Assembly: GCF_006345805.1 (NCBI RefSeq)
Contig: NC_043005.1
Span: 65,410,001 to 65,474,000, forward strand
DNA length: 64,000 bases
Source of the DNA: Octopus sinensis
Taxonomy: Eukaryota
Direction: 5' to 3'
This document shows, in pieces, positions 30,049-44,364 of the stretch. The first letter of the stretch is position 1; the number at the start of each line of letters is the position of its first letter. A program made the position numbers and the translations under genes. The notes beneath the pieces were generated by a model. The model was not told the DNA's origin. It did not search any database and saw nothing but the letters and a program-made list of their open reading frames with translations.

Positions 30049-30082
30049 TTTTACGTTTCGAACCTAAGCTCTTCAACAGAAA
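30049..30082 (-). ncRNA. Minimal hammerhead-like motif, A6U core variant
   Basis: ttt-CTGTTGA-a-gagc ttag gttc-GAAA-CG-TA-aaa. Confidence 0.5.
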
Positions 30083-30144
30083 AGAACACGAGAAAATAAA
30101 CAGACAGAGAATAAAAAAAAAGAAAGAATATATACATACATCAT

Positions 30145-30533
30145 CACTGCGGCCATGCTGAATCACCATCTTAAAGGGAGGGTCTTTATTTTAGTCGGCG
30201 AAATGGACCCTAGGACTTATTCATTGCAAGTCTGGTACTTATTCTATCGGTCTATGCCGTCGAACCGTTAAGCTACGGGGACGTAAAGACACCAACATCC
30301 ATTGTCAAGCGATGGTGCGGGAACAAACATAGACATAAAGACACACACGCATAAACATATATACATATATATATATATATATACGACGAGCTTCTTTCAG
30401 TTTCCATCCATCAAATCCACTCGCAAGGTTTTGGTCGGCTTTACAACACAGCCACGCCTGCGCCTGCAAACAACCACGCCTGCGACTGCAAACAGCCACG
30501 CCTGCGCCTGCAAACAGCCACGCCTGCACCTCC
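30145..30533 (-). mobile_element. SINE family B with internal deletion and 4 x 22-bp tandem of its 5' end
   Basis: cagccacgcctgcgcctgcaaa repeats at 30449-30533. Confidence 0.7.
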
Positions 30534-30545
30534 ACACAGTCACAC

Positions 30546-30611
<66 letters not shown>

Positions 30612-30679
30612 GCGTGTGTGTGTATACATACGGTGTACTATTCTGTGATGGTAAGATCAACAGAAAAGTACTCCATCTG

Positions 30680-31321
30680 GTGAGAGATAAGTACTATTTA
30701 ATAAACACAATACATGTTTATGTGCTGCTATTAGTTTCATGTGCTGAAAACAGGCCAAACATTGTTTTATAACATGTCTGGTATCCTAGCACTGTCATCA
30801 GGCACTGCCCACATGGCATAATAAACTAAAAATGGAGCGAGAGATAAAGCGAGAAAAGGCGAGAAAAGGCGAGAAGGAAGTATATATAAAAAGTGGAAGG
30901 TTGAAAAAGCGAAAAACGAAAATGTAATCAGGTAGAAAAAACACAGGCTGGACTAGAGTTTTTTTCTCTTAGACCGTAAATTATAAGTTTGAAAAGATAG
31001 TGGCTTAGAACTTATGGTACAGTTATTGATCCCGCAGGGGAAGTACTTCCCAATTCACTAACGAGAGCTTTGGCATCTGTTTACAACAGCTGAAAATTTC
31101 GGATCTAAAGTTCAGCATTGGATTAGAATACTTAGATCTGAAAAAGATCAGAGTTCTTTCAGCTATGCATAACTTACATTTTTTTTGTGGATTTTTAAAA
31201 CTATTTTCCATTTTATTGTATGTGGTGTTGCGTCCGGTTTCAAATTCCATACGTGGAAAAACAACTTAGTGACTTTGCTTTTGTCCCTGTGTCGGAAGGA
31301 AAATATGTGATTTGCATAGCA

Positions 31322-31330
<9 letters not shown>
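30680..31330 (-). mobile_element. Penelope-like element 3' fragment
   Basis: KKCKLCIAERTLIFF...MLNFRSEIFSCCKQ resembles the PLE endonuclease C-terminus C.LC..EK..I...LN.RSE...CRH. A CTGATGA relic lies at 30795-30801. Confidence 0.7.
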
Positions 31331-31352
<22 letters not shown>

Positions 31353-31540
31353 GACTCCCCTTCACAAATACTGACAGGACACAGATAGTGTGTCTATAGC
31401 CAGCGGGAGGAGGTGTCTTCCTGGGGCTACAAACTACAGTAGCATCCACCCTTTTGGGTTAGCCATATTCAAATGGCATATATGCATCACGTTGTGTTAC
31501 CGCTACTGTTTATAACTCGCTCTGAGATTTATCATTATAT

Positions 31541-31571
<31 letters not shown>

Positions 31572-32895
31572 GGCAAAAAGTTTCGATGATCCAAAGATAC
31601 TGATGTAGGTAGGTAGTAACTTCTAACATGTATACAGCCAGTATGGATAACAAAATGTAGACATTTACGATAAAAAGAGTTTATTAACCGTCGTAAGTTA
31701 CACACTTCGTCTCATATTGAAATTAAAGGAAATTTTGATAAGCTGACAGTCGCCATACAACCCATGGTTTAGCAACGAATGTTGCTAAAAATGTGAATAA
31801 AAACCTAAGAATGTAAGGAATGGGGAAAGTAAATAAAGACTACAAAAGTATCAAAGCAAAAACAATGTTTGTTACATAACACGAATAAAAACTGCTTAGC
31901 TAATCTTCAGGTCTAGTTACATTCATGTGTTTACATTGTCGCCTGGAGATGAGTAAACGTTTCATCAATTCAGCCACAGTACAAATGGCAAGTCGAAAAA
32001 CACAAAATCAAAATCAAATGATCAATGCAATTAATTGTTAGTTGGTAAGTGGCTCCGAAAGTAAATAAGGTGGGTGTGTTTATGGATGTTACTTAATCGA
32101 AGGAGAAAGCTGTTAGGTAAAGAAGTAGTGGAGGTGGGAGAACTAAAGTGAAGGAAGGATGAGAAAGACCCACACAAGGACAATAAAATTCCTTTGGCGT
32201 CGGGGGTGGGGGGTAGTAGAAGACAAAAACCCGACTGTGTATTCAGTTTAGCGGTAATTTTAAACAGTTAACATACATAAATTATTGGAACATCCTAACA
32301 ACCAAGAAGTAATAAAAGCCACGTATGAAACATACGCGAGAAGAAGATGAAAACAAGGAAAGCTGAAACAGTAAAATAAGACAATAAGATTAAGGATGAC
32401 AGCATTTCAGCTAACGGCCAATAACTATGTTCTGTGAAAAATATGTTAAAAAGTTGGGGTAGGGACGCCGAACATGCCACAATTACTAATCAACTTAAAG
32501 GTTTTATAAGGCTAACGTTGAAAAAATATATAAATATATACATGCACAAATATGCGTTTGCGCATATACAAATATATATATGTATGTATGAATGTATATG
32601 TATATAAATATATCAACAATTGAGGGTAAAATTAATTAGTTATTAATCAATTTCACCAAGTATTCAGTATGTAAAAGGACCATTTAAGGCGAATTCAAAA
32701 TATTACATTATATAATTAGGGCTTAGTAAAATAAATTACTTTGCCACATACTGAACTTACTAGAAATACCAGCCAAAAAAAGTTTTTTTGCCATTTCCAC
32801 TACTTAAAGAAAATTTCTTTTACTAAGCCCTAATTATATAATGTATATAAATATATATATATTCATAATTATATAAATATATACACACATACATA

Positions 32896-34186
32896 CAGGG
32901 TGGGGAAGCAAAATTTACAATATTTTGAGGCAGGGATTGAAAGACAGTGTATGAGCAATTTGTTTATTGAAAGTCATGAGAATTTATTTGCCACAAGACA
33001 ATTTACATAATAGAAAATATTTTTATTCTATGTGTCCTCCTTCTTTCTCGATAACTGCCTTCACACGCTTCCTTAAACTTGCACAGGCGTTCCTCAAATA
33101 TTCGGGAGACAACTTCTCCCATTCTTCTTTAATAGTATCTTTAAGAGAGTCGACATTACTGTGTGATGTTCTATTAGTAGCATGTTCTAAAATGCTCCAA
33201 ATAGCATAATCCAGAGAGTTTAGATCTGGGCTAGAAGGCGGCCATAAACAAGATTTCAAAAAATTGCTAAAGTTGGATTTGCAGAAATCTTGTATTTTTC
33301 TAGCTGTGTGGGCTGGAGCACCATCCTGTGTCCATACATAATTACCATCAGGGTAGTTTGCTTTAAGCCATTGCAATACCTGGTATCTCAGAGTCTTGTA
33401 GTAAGTATTAACATTAATCTTTTCATCAGCTTTGTAGAATTTTATAGGCATTTTCTTTCCATTGGAAGCCACAACACCAAAAGCCATAACTTGAGCAGGA
33501 TCTTTTGTTTTGAATGTCCCCTAAACCTCAGCTGTAGATTTTGCGATAAATCTGTCATTTCTGCTGTTCAGAACAGCATCGACAGTGAAGATCTTTTCAT
33601 CTGAAAAGATCGTTACAATGGAGGACTTTTTTCTTGAACCATGTAATAATTTTCTTGCACCTCTCCAATATCTTTTCCTTCATAGCTGTTGTCAACAAGT
33701 GTTTTGGTGTTCTTGTGTAAGATTTTAACCTCAAATCATATTTTACAGCATTTCTAATGGTCTTGTTGTCTACCTCAAGTTTAATTTCCATTTTTCTCAT
33801 GGATTTGGTTGGATCCTTTAGGATTTTGGATTTGAGAGCTTTAATATAAGCTTTGGTACGTTTTTTGTTGATTCCTCAACTTCCAGACTTCCTCATAATA
33901 GCTTTGCTCATAGTCATTCGATTCTTTACATTATAAACAGTATTTATTGACACTCCAACTATTTTTGAAATCTCCTTTGGTGTGACGAGTGCATTCAGAA
34001 AATTACACACTCTTTGACTTTTGCTTTCCTAATTACTCATATGGGCAAAAGTTTCTGAAAAGGTAAGAATTATAGTGTTAGGTATGAGTATGACATCAAT
34101 ATATGCTAGGTCTCAAAACAATTGACTTAGTGCCTCCTGAGAAAAAACAACTTAACGTTCATTGTAAATTTTGCTTCCCCACCCTG
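32896..34186 (-). mobile_element. Tc1/mariner DD37D (maT) transposon, full length
   Basis: Perfect 26-bp TIRs cagggtggggaagcaaaatttacaat with TA on both sides. Confidence 0.95.
33023..34040 (-). pseudogene. DD37D transposase with stops and frameshifts
   Basis: QDGAPAH...WPPSSPDLNSLDYAIW with 37 residues between the two Asp. Stop at codon 4, and the ORF is fragmented. Confidence 0.9.
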
Positions 34187-34699
34187 TACACATACACATA
34201 ACAACGTTAGAATGTACAGGTGTGTGCGCGTGTGTTTTTGTGAGAATGGGTGTATGTATGTGTGTGTGTGTCTGTCTGCGTGGGAGTGTCTACGCCTATG
34301 TTTATGTTTGTTCCCCATCACCGTTTGGTAACATGTGTTTAGACCCTGGTAACTTAGCCGTTCGGCAAAGCGACCGATAGAATTAGTACCAGGCCTAAAA
34401 CATATGAACTGACGTCGATCCATTCAACTAAAATTTTTCTTGTAAAATCCACCTTCTTCCCTTCCTTCCTGAGCGTCCAATAATACTATATTTGTTCCAC
34501 GTCCTCGCGTTGTTGTGTTTTCTCTTTGTGTTTTCATGTTTGGATCAACTTTATATATATATATATATATCAAAAATTTAGATTCAGATGAATTGGGTAC
34601 TTTAGTTGAGGCACCAGAATTTAGTACGGTATTATCCATACAGTTCCAAGATTAGGTGATTAAAGTCAAAATAAATAAGCAACAGGATATCGTGAAGTA

Positions 34700-34787
34700 A
34701 TGCAGTACGATCGTTTCAAGCAACTCCATTTAATTGAAGAATGCAACCATTACATCAATTTAAATGCAGAGCAAGCCTCAGCTGCAT
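34700..34787 (-). ncRNA. Hammerhead-like motif with long stem II, decayed core
   Basis: atgcag-CTGAGGC-...cattt(a)aattga...tcaattaaatg...-GAAA-CGATCG-TA-ctgcat. Confidence 0.6.
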
Positions 34788-35033
34788 AAATACATAGAAT
34801 TAAATTTGAGTAAAACAGACGGACACATTAGTATAATTTTATCTAAACCCTCCAAGAAGGTAAGGAGATAGGCAAAGAACATACTGTCTTCGCTTCAGCT
34901 TGATATATATATATATAAATTTAAATAATGAGGGAGATAAATTGAATATTAATTAAATTAATATCAATTTAAAACCAGTAGCCTAGCATACAAAAATCTG
35001 ACGGCTGACCACCTAGTGGTTTTTAGCCCTTTG

Positions 35034-35097
<64 letters not shown>

Positions 35098-35098
<1 letters not shown>

Positions 35099-36714
35099 TA
35101 GCAGTATCGTCCGGCGTTGCTCGGGTTTGTAAGGGAAATAACTATATAAGCATTTTTAGAGAGTTATAGCAAAAAAATAGAAAAAAATGCATTAAAAATG
35201 GAATAAAGAATGATGGCAATTTTTTTTTAAATCGTTGACTCATCGTAGACATTTTTAGAGAGTTACTTCCCTTATATAATAGCGAAAAAATGCATTAAAA
35301 TGGAAAAAATGATGGTAATTTTTTTTTAAATCGTAGACTCATCGTAGACGCGTGCTAATACCCCAAAGGGCTCGATATGAATCACGACTATAAGATACCC
35401 GGTTTTGGTTAAACTCACCGCAAAATGTGGGATTTGTTAGGAATCTAAATCGTAGGAGACAGACACACAACTTCACTTTTATATATAAAGATTTGTGCAA
35501 CAACTAAAACATTCGGTTGTGCAAATTGTTTGCACAGGAAACCTGCCCTGTGTGGCGGTTTTTGCCGTTTTTGTGGATCTGTTTCAGCTTTTTTAGCGAT
35601 TTCTGCTTTGGCGACTTCACAACGCTGGTCTCCTTGACAACGCTTTACGACGTTGATTTCCCTACCCTGCCTTCCCCACAGCTTCACGAGGGAGGGAAGA
35701 AGGGGAGGAGCTACACAGGTGCAGGTACGAGCATGAACGCCAACGCCGCCACCGACACACGAAAAAATTGGAAGAACCCAGACGACAGCTTCAGCCACCA
35801 CCACCACCACCACCACGACCAACACCATCACCACTACCACCATGACCACCACCACTACGCCCATGACCATCACCACCACCATCACGAAGACCACCACCAC
35901 CACCACCACCACCACCATCATCACCACCCCCACCACCACCACCACCACCAACAGCAACAACAACAACAACAACAACAACACCACCACAAACACGACGACC
36001 ACCACGACCACGACCACCATCACCACTACCAGCACCAGCGCCACCACCGCTGCCACTACCACCGCCTCCACCACCACCATACTATGCCTCTGCTCTCTCC
36101 TTTTGGGTTCTAAATCCATTACCATATTTCACAAGTACCATCGCCATACAATGTTGCCTTCAAAAGTTTGTGTTTGTATAATATTTTTTAAGTAAAAGTT
36201 GTGCAACAACTATAACATTCGGTTGTGCAAATTATTTGCATGGGAAACCTTCCCTGTGTGGCGTGTTTCCCGATTTTGTAGAATTTGCTTTGGGGTTTCT
36301 CAGCCATTTCTGTTTTGGTGTCTTCAAGCCATGAAGTCGTTGTTCTAAAAGAACGCTGGTCTCCTTGACAACGCTTTACGACGTTGATTTCCTTACACTC
36401 CCTTCCCCACAACTTCACGAGGGGGGAAGAAGGGGGAGAAGCAACACAGGTGCAGGTGTGAGCATGGACGCCAACTCCGCCGCCATCGACACACGAAAAA
36501 ATATGCGTTAAAATGGAAAAAAATTATGGTAAATTATTTTTAAAATCGTAGACTCATCGTATACGCGCGCTAATACTCTCAGACGGGCTCGATATGAATC
36601 ACGACTATACAGATACCCGAATTTGGTTAAACTGCACCGCAAAATGTGGGAGTAGTTAGGAATCTAAATCGAAGGGGACAGACACTCACACAACTACAGT
36701 TTTATATATATAGA
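35098..36714 (-). mobile_element. Composite non-autonomous Helitron
   Basis: On the minus strand the 3' end is hairpin ccgagcaacgccgg plus CTAG. TC 5' ends lie at 35491 and ~36714. Blocks 35290-35491/36500-36714 and 35492-35775/36198-36500 are duplicated. There is an internal (CAC)n. Confidence 0.7.
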
Positions 36715-36769
36715 TATATATATATGCTGTCTTCGCTTCAGTTTGGTCTATATATATATATGTTGGATC

Positions 36770-36850
36770 ACCGCCTTTAGTCGAGCAAGTCGACCCCTTG
36801 ACTTATTCTATCGTCCTCTTTTGCCGAACCACTAAGTTAAAAACACACAA

Positions 36851-36883
<33 letters not shown>

Positions 36884-37035
36884 CGACAGGCTTCTTTCAG
36901 TTTCCGTCTACAAAAATCCATTCACAAGTCTTTGGTCGTCCCGAGGTTATAATAGAAAACACTTGTCCAAGGTACCACGCTGTGGGACTGAGACCAGAAT
37001 AATGTAGTTGGGAAGCAAGCTTCTTACCACACAGC
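36770..37035 (-). mobile_element. SINE family B, deleted copy
   Basis: acgacaggcttctttcagtttccgtctac and aagcaagcttcttaccacacagc. Confidence 0.75.
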
Positions 37036-37495
37036 TTCGATTGGCCATATATGTGTGTACGTGTGTGCGTATCTCTGTGTGTGTGCGTGCGCGCGCGTGT
37101 GTGTATGTGTGTGTGTGTGTGCGTGCGCGACGCACTTGTGTGTATTTGTATGTATATACACATTGTGACTTGTGAAGGAACATTTTGTCGTTTCTACGCC
37201 ACAGAATTAAATATACTGTTATTGCATATTTATGTGCTCATAATAATTTCGGCTTGTTTGATGTGTATCATTCTATCGGTACGTGTACGTGTTTGCCTAA
37301 TAGACATCTTTAAATCAAATCCACACTGAATTTTAGAAACAGTTGTAAAAGATAATCTAGAATATATATATTTTTTTCGTTAATTTTATTTGGTTAGCAA
37401 TTTTTGTAATTGCTGTAAATGATATATCATATATACAGAGTAGCCTATCTTCTGTCTGATGTGTGTATTATATATATAATAATATATATATATAA

Positions 37496-37538
<43 letters not shown>

Positions 37539-37735
37539 TATATACATACATATATTATATATATATATATATATATAATATATATATGTATATATATACA
37601 TACACACACACCCACCAACACATACACATACATATATATATATATATATATATTATACATATAGCTTCGAATCGAAAGAGGTGACATGAAATTGATTATT
37701 ATATAGATCATTTTCTGTCCATACACTCCATTTTC

Positions 37736-37766
<31 letters not shown>

Positions 37767-37776
37767 GTGTGTGTGT

Positions 37777-37893
<117 letters not shown>

Positions 37894-38149
37894 AGGTTGA
37901 AAAGTAAGACACGAGTTGATATGTGTAAGGAAAATATGACAAGGTAGAAAATGCTAAAATAATTTTATCATGAAGAACATTTCATTACTTAAACATGAAA
38001 AACAATTAAATTGTGGAAAAAATTATATGAAATGCTTTTTAAAAATATTTCCATAGTTTTCAAATGCAAGGAACATTTTCCTTTTTCCTGTCTGTCTGTA
38101 TGTTTCTATTTTTTACACTTGTGAAGGCTTCGTAGTAGGTAGGCTGTAC

Positions 38150-38870
38150 TATTTCTTCAGTGTTGGTTGTGCTGGCTACGGAGGTTATTTTGAAGGCAAT
38201 GATGACTGGTTCATGTGCAGCAGATCTTGGAAGGTTACTGATTTCCTCTTCTAAAAGCGTTTATGGATGATATTAGAGTCCTTTCCACAAAAGAAAAGAA
38301 AGCACACGAGATTCTAAAGCAGGGATAAGAAGTAGTCACCCATTGAATGAAATTCAGCCTAAGAAGTTGCGGGCTTCTCACTAGAGAAGAAGAGTGTACA
38401 AGATAAGGTCTCGTTCATTGCAGGCAACCAACCTATTGCAAGTGTGGTAGAAAAACCAGTGAAGATTCTAGGAAGATGGTGTGACGACTCCTTGAATCAC
38501 ACACACACATACACACAAACATACACGCGCACACACATACACACACACACTCACACAAGAATGCACGCACGTACATATACAAAAGGAAATGAGGTCAACT
38601 ACCAAAGAGGAGCTTGCAGGCAATAGTCATAAGTAGGTTCTCTGGAAAATACACGGTCTGTTGCCTGCCTGCAGTTCATACTGATACTCATAAACGTTAC
38701 CAGTACCAGTACAGTGGAAATAATAGAGGGCAAGGTTAATAAGTACACAAGGAAATGGTTTGGTTTGGTTTGGTTTGGTTTGGTTTGGTTTGGTTTGGCT
38801 TGGTGTCTCACATGGCCTCACTGATGTTGCTGTCTACTGCGTTGCCAAGCAAACTTAAAGCTACTCCTAG
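38150..38870 (+). mobile_element. HERO/NeSL-like LINE reverse transcriptase fragment interrupted by microsatellites
   Basis: AFMDDI, EKPVKILGRW and EGKVNKYTRKW...GLTDVAVYC. A (TGGTT)n tract has expanded inside. Confidence 0.65.
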
Positions 38871-40477
38871 TGACGAGCGTGAAATAGAACAAGACTAGAA
38901 TATATTTAAGGAGAGATCAAGAGCGTGTAAGTGTATACGTTTAAGTATGTTTGTGTGCATGTGCTTGCATGTGTGTGCGTGTGCATGTGTGTGTGAGTGT
39001 GTATATGTGTGTCTGTATCTGTGTATGTATGCATGTGTGTGCGTGTGTGTGAGTGTGTGTACATCTACATGCATTTACAATTACGCATTTAGATACAGTC
39101 ATATTAAAAGAAGCCACCTTAGATATTTGAATAAAGAAAATAAATATTTGCGGAACACATTCGATAATCAGCATTTGTTACAACTTTTGAAACTTGGAAA
39201 TCCATTGTCATAGACGTTCATTACTTAATACTGGAATATTTTTCAAGATATGCTGGGTGCATGCAAGTGTCATTCATCCAAAGAGTTAGCTTTTGGATTT
39301 ATTCTCGCTAAAATCATGCAGATTTCGATGTACAGGAGTTCATGCTTCGTAGATGTTATTATTCATCCAGAGATGGATATTCATGAAGCAGTTCCATTCC
39401 AATCGTATGTAGTTCAAGAGGCGAGAGAAGTCACATTATTAAATATTATCAACTGTCATTTTTTAAGGAGGTTTGATATTTCTTGTATCAAAGAAAGCTC
39501 ATATTTTTATGTCAAGAGCTGCAGCAATTTAGAATAAATATATGTTATTTGATAATGACTAATTATTCCTTCAGCTCAAACAGATAAAATTATTTTGATA
39601 ATTTCTCTTTCAATTTAATCAAGCTACATAGAAATAGCAAGCGAATCATCAAGGACGGTTGTTGTATAATTATATGACTTCAGATTTATCGTGGCGCGTA
39701 TTGGACTTGCCTGCATATTTCGAAGCGTTTAATAATTTCTGTAGGTGATATTTTTGGTCCACATCAACTTTGTTAGTTCAAAACGAATTCTAGTTAGATA
39801 TATATGTGTGCCAAATTTTGCTAAAATTTTCTGGAAGTCTAGTAGTAAAACAGGTTTTACTAGGAAATCATGTAAATAGTCTAGAAATAACAAAGATCAA
39901 TCTTGTTCTCGTAGGATTTAATGCCAAATAATTTTGCTTATAAAGTATCGAGTGTAAACTTTGAGACTTGCAAAATTAATTGAAGCAACATAAAACGAAA
40001 CTTAGTTTCCCTTAAGTTCAACAGTATAAACAAGAGTGACATTCCTAAAATTTAGAATTTATATGTTATTTGATAATGGAACTATATAATGGCTCAAAAG
40101 CATTAAGCATGAAAATGTGTTCTAAAAAACATTTAAGAATAATTTATAACTCCAATACAATAAAAATTTGCTTAAAGATGTCCAATGTTTTCTGTGCAAC
40201 TTTTCCTTCTACTTCAACAATTCTTTGAAGCAATTATGTCCACTTGTTTTGCTTTCTTTTAACTTCTCGCTTTTGAAGATTGTTTTTCTGTGAAAATGAT
40301 TATAGATTTATCTAAAATATGAAAAACCCCAATTTTAGTTACTAAAATTTATGGTAGTTCCACATAGTTCACTTTTATCAACTTTTCATAGCGCTACTGT
40401 CCCAATTTCATAAGGACCTAAATAAATATTTCTTCATTATGATATTCGAGTAACTCCACTACATCAGATTGATGAAC

Positions 40478-40715
40478 TGTGGAGGTACGTGGCTTAGTAG
40501 AGTGGGTGTTGGACTCATGATCGTAAGATTGTCGTTCCGATTCGTGAACCAGGCGACGCATTGTGTTCTTGAGCGAAACACTTCATTTCACGTTCCTCTA
40601 GTTCAATCAACCGACAAAAATGAGTCATCCTGTGGCGTCCCGTCCACGTGGGGAATATATACGCCATAAAACCTAGAAACTGACCCTTATGAGTCGGTAT
40701 AACTCGAGAGGATAC
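40478..40715 (+). mobile_element. tRNA-derived SINE family C
   Basis: ggaggtacgtggcttagt head and tgtgttcttgagcgaaacacttcatttcacgtt core. Confidence 0.7.
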
Positions 40716-41544
40716 CTTTTTTTAATAGCGATCACCTCCAGCTTGGTGTACCATCTCAACAATTATTTGATGAGCGATGAATATTTTGTATTGGCTCTTA
40801 ATTACCCAGTTAAGACAGATTTTTTTATCCTGGCGAGATTAATTGTGGTTGTTTTACTTGTTGCCACTGTAGTCAATCTGATGACAAACCTTAATCACAT
40901 TCATGATATGTAAAATGCAAAACTTCGTTTACATGTTGTTTACTTTCATTATCTAAGTATTTTTGCTGTGGACAAAGTCCATTTTCTCGTATACAGCTTA
41001 AAGATGCTCATCCAATAGTAGGCTTTGAATGTAGCAATAACTCTTTAGTTCATAGATTGAATATGCTACTATCTTTGAGGGTAGAAAATCTACTTGAACA
41101 TTATCACTGAGTTAATTCAGGTTAGGTAAGTAACCTGGAGAATTGTTAACAAAAAGTAAAGCTTTATTTTCAAAGTTCTTGGTCATCTTTAACAGCTGGA
41201 AGAAACCACAAAAATAAGCAATTTAAAAACCCTGTTTTTGGTGATAGACATCTTTTCATTTAATCAACTTGATTAAGAAAGATGAAATTTAATTTCCTTT
41301 CGATTATACTGGTGTCTCCGAATAATAGATAAATCTATGGCTTCCGCATTAGATCTGAAACTTACCACCAAACAAGAGCTGCACGATGTCTGGCAGCCAT
41401 GAAAGCAGGCGTTGATTTTTTTTTAGAAATCTAAGTACGTTTCGGCAATTATTTCCAAAACAAACATCTCTTATCTACAATAAAAGTTTGTTACGATAAA
41501 TATCCTCCTCCGTTAATAACATTTTGCCATAAAATTGAAAAACA

Positions 41545-41768
41545 GCTGTCAAGCGGTAGTGGGAACAAACACAGGCACAGAGACACACGCATATATATAT
41601 ACATACATATATATAACAAGCTTCTTTCATTTTCCGCCAACAAAACTACACTCACAAGACTTTGGTCGGCCGGAAGCTATAGTAGAAGACATTTGCCCAA
41701 AGTGTCACGAAAGGTGGAACCATGTGGTTGAAAAGCAAGAGTCTTACCATACAGCCACGCTTGCGCCT
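41545..41768 (-). mobile_element. SINE family B, partial
   Basis: ctttggtcggccggaagctatagtagaagacatttgcccaa. Confidence 0.75.
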
Positions 41769-41783
41769 ATAAATATATATATA

Positions 41784-42015
41784 TGGGCGGCGAGCTCGCA
41801 GAAACGTTAGCACGCCGGGCGAAATGCGTAGCCGTATTTCGTCTGTCGTTACATTCTGAGTTCAAATTCCGCCGAGGTCGACTTTGCCTTTCATCCTTTC
41901 GGGGTCGATAAATTAAGTACCAGTTTCGCACTGGGGTCGATGTAATCGACTTAATCCCTTTGTCTGTCTTTGTTTGTCCCCTCTATGTTTAGCCCCTTGT
42001 AGGTAGTAAAGAAAT
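41784..42015 (+). mobile_element. SINE family A, full length
   Basis: Head, core and tail are all present. Confidence 0.9.
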
Positions 42016-42155
42016 ATATATATGTGTGTTGTGTGTGTGTGTGTATACATATATATAAATATAAATATGAATATATATATATACATATATTATATATATA
42101 TATATATATAATATATATATATATTATATACATATATATATATACATATATATAC

Positions 42156-42188
<33 letters not shown>

Positions 42189-42259
42189 CATATATATAAA
42201 TATAAATAATATATATATATGTATATATACATACATATATATATAAATATAAATATGTG

Positions 42260-42476
42260 CGCCTTTTTAAAGCCTAGCCAGGCTCGTGGGCCTGGTTTCA
42301 ATGGCGTATGTGTTTCCCAGCTGAACGGGACGCCAGTCCATCGCAGCATAACTCGTTTTTGGCATCTGAGTGGACTGGAGCAACGTGAAATGAAGTGTTT
42401 TGCTCAAGAACACAACGCGTCGCCCGGTCCAGGAATCATGATGCTGATACCCTAACCACTAAGCCACGCACCTCCA
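42260..42476 (-). mobile_element. SINE family C
   Basis: Reverse complement similar to 40478-40620. Confidence 0.7.
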
Positions 42477-44111
42477 TATATATATATATATATATAGTAA
42501 ACAAAAATAAAACGAATAGTGATTTCTGGGTATTACTCCAAATATTTCTATTGCAATATATTCTGAACACGAGTACAATTGTGTAATTCAATATGTAATG
42601 TTATGCAAGTTCGTGCTTCCACAAAATACCATTTCTTCAAGTAAAACACATTTGAATATTCTCAAGTGATACGTTGCTTAACTTTTAGGCAGCATATGAC
42701 AATTGAATGCATAAACCACGGATTTATAGTAAAACTTGACAAACAAGAATACCATATTGCGTGGTTATCTTTAGGTCAGCGACCAATCAAACATTTTGAT
42801 TTCACAGTCAACCGAATTACTGTATGTATTGCTTAAAAACGGAGTTGTCTGTTATCTTAGAGTAGTGGGATCATGTACATTCTCACGTGACTGGAAGTAG
42901 ACTAACGGATTTCAATAAAGAACTGTGTGAACTGTCTGGAGCAGACGACTGTTGGTCGACCATATTGGTTACTGTGTTTGTGCGACGTGTGTTGGTTTAA
43001 TATCGTACCTACGTTCAAGTAGTACGGGGTGTGTTCCATGTGAACATAATAATTCTGTATTAGGTTATTCTAGATTTCCAAGTATTTATTTGGGTAATAC
43101 TATTTTACACCCGACGTGTATACCCACGTCATAACACTTAGTTATATCCAAGTAGGAATGAATTTCAATAGAGAAATCGTCATTTGTTGCTAAGCTTTTT
43201 GGCAACATATCACCTGAAAATATTCGGAGAAGTGTTATATGAAGTGATACACCATTGTGAGAGCACGAACTTGCATAATGTTACATATTAAATAACACGA
43301 TCTGAATAAATTGTGTTCGGAATGAATTGCTATCGAAACACGTGTAATAATACCTGAAACGCCCACTCGTTTTATTCTCGTTTACTGTAGATTACACTGT
43401 GTGAAAAGTAAGTTATTCCTTTGGTGCATACATAGAGTTCCAGGACACCTGACACCGTTTCAACTCTGCAGATTTCATTGGTTAAATTACCTGGAATTTT
43501 CGGAGTACTCGGTCTACCCAAAATATGCGGAGGTGTTTCGCTGTTAATTTGCATTGATCTAATTCAAGGGTTCTCAAGTGGAGTCCACAAGCAGAGTCCA
43601 CATGGACTCTGGGGGTTCAATATAATATTTTGGGAGTCTACAGATGTGATATAGTAAATCGGGGGTCTACGGTAATTTTTCAGGGACCAAGAAAAAATTA
43701 TGGTATAGACCGGTAGTTTCCTATGTCGACACATGTCCTTTAATTTTTCAGTGGTACAATTATAGGCTTGGAAACCAGTTTAAAAAACGCCCTGAAAAAT
43801 GTTGCTAGGAATCTTGTCTTTAGTAACTTATTCACTACGTTACTGTTCGTAACAAGAGCTAAAAAGAAATAATCTTAAAATCCCCTACTCAATGAAGATG
43901 GTCATAAAATTCCCCCACGAAATTCCCTAAAAAGGTGAAAGAAATAATACTGACCAAAAGTAAGAGGAACAACAATGACGCGGAGAGTAGCACCAACAAC
44001 AACAAAACTAAAAGAAGACATACACACACATACTTAGCGTAGATACGAAGGAGCATGGCCTGTGCTACCCAAAGCTATCACTGTATATATATAAATACAT
44101 ATATATATAAA

Positions 44112-44154
<43 letters not shown>

Positions 44155-44247
44155 GGGAGAATTCACAAAAAAAAACAAAAAGACGAAGAAAGGTGGTGTA
44201 GACAACAAACAGATGTATTAGTATAACGCTCGAGAAGTGAAAAAGTC

Positions 44248-44281
44248 TTTAACGTTTCGAGCCTACGCTCTTCCACAGAAA
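44248..44281 (-). ncRNA. Minimal hammerhead-like motif, A6U core variant
   Basis: ttt-CTGTGGA-a-gagc gtag gctc-GAAA-CG-TT-aaa. Confidence 0.55.
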
Positions 44282-44364
44282 GGAACACAGAAAGAAACAA
44301 GGAGAGAAAAATAAAGATTCTGTAGCGGCTAGCGATCTATCATGGCGATATATATATATTGTCC

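Noticed and set aside
31680-31770. Additional hammerhead candidate
   Set aside because: Both core halves are mismatched and stem III is not palindromic.
35517-36113. 198-aa His/Gln-rich ORF
   Set aside because: It derives from (CAC)n/(CAA)n inside a Helitron-like repeat, and the duplicate block at 36198 does not keep the frame.
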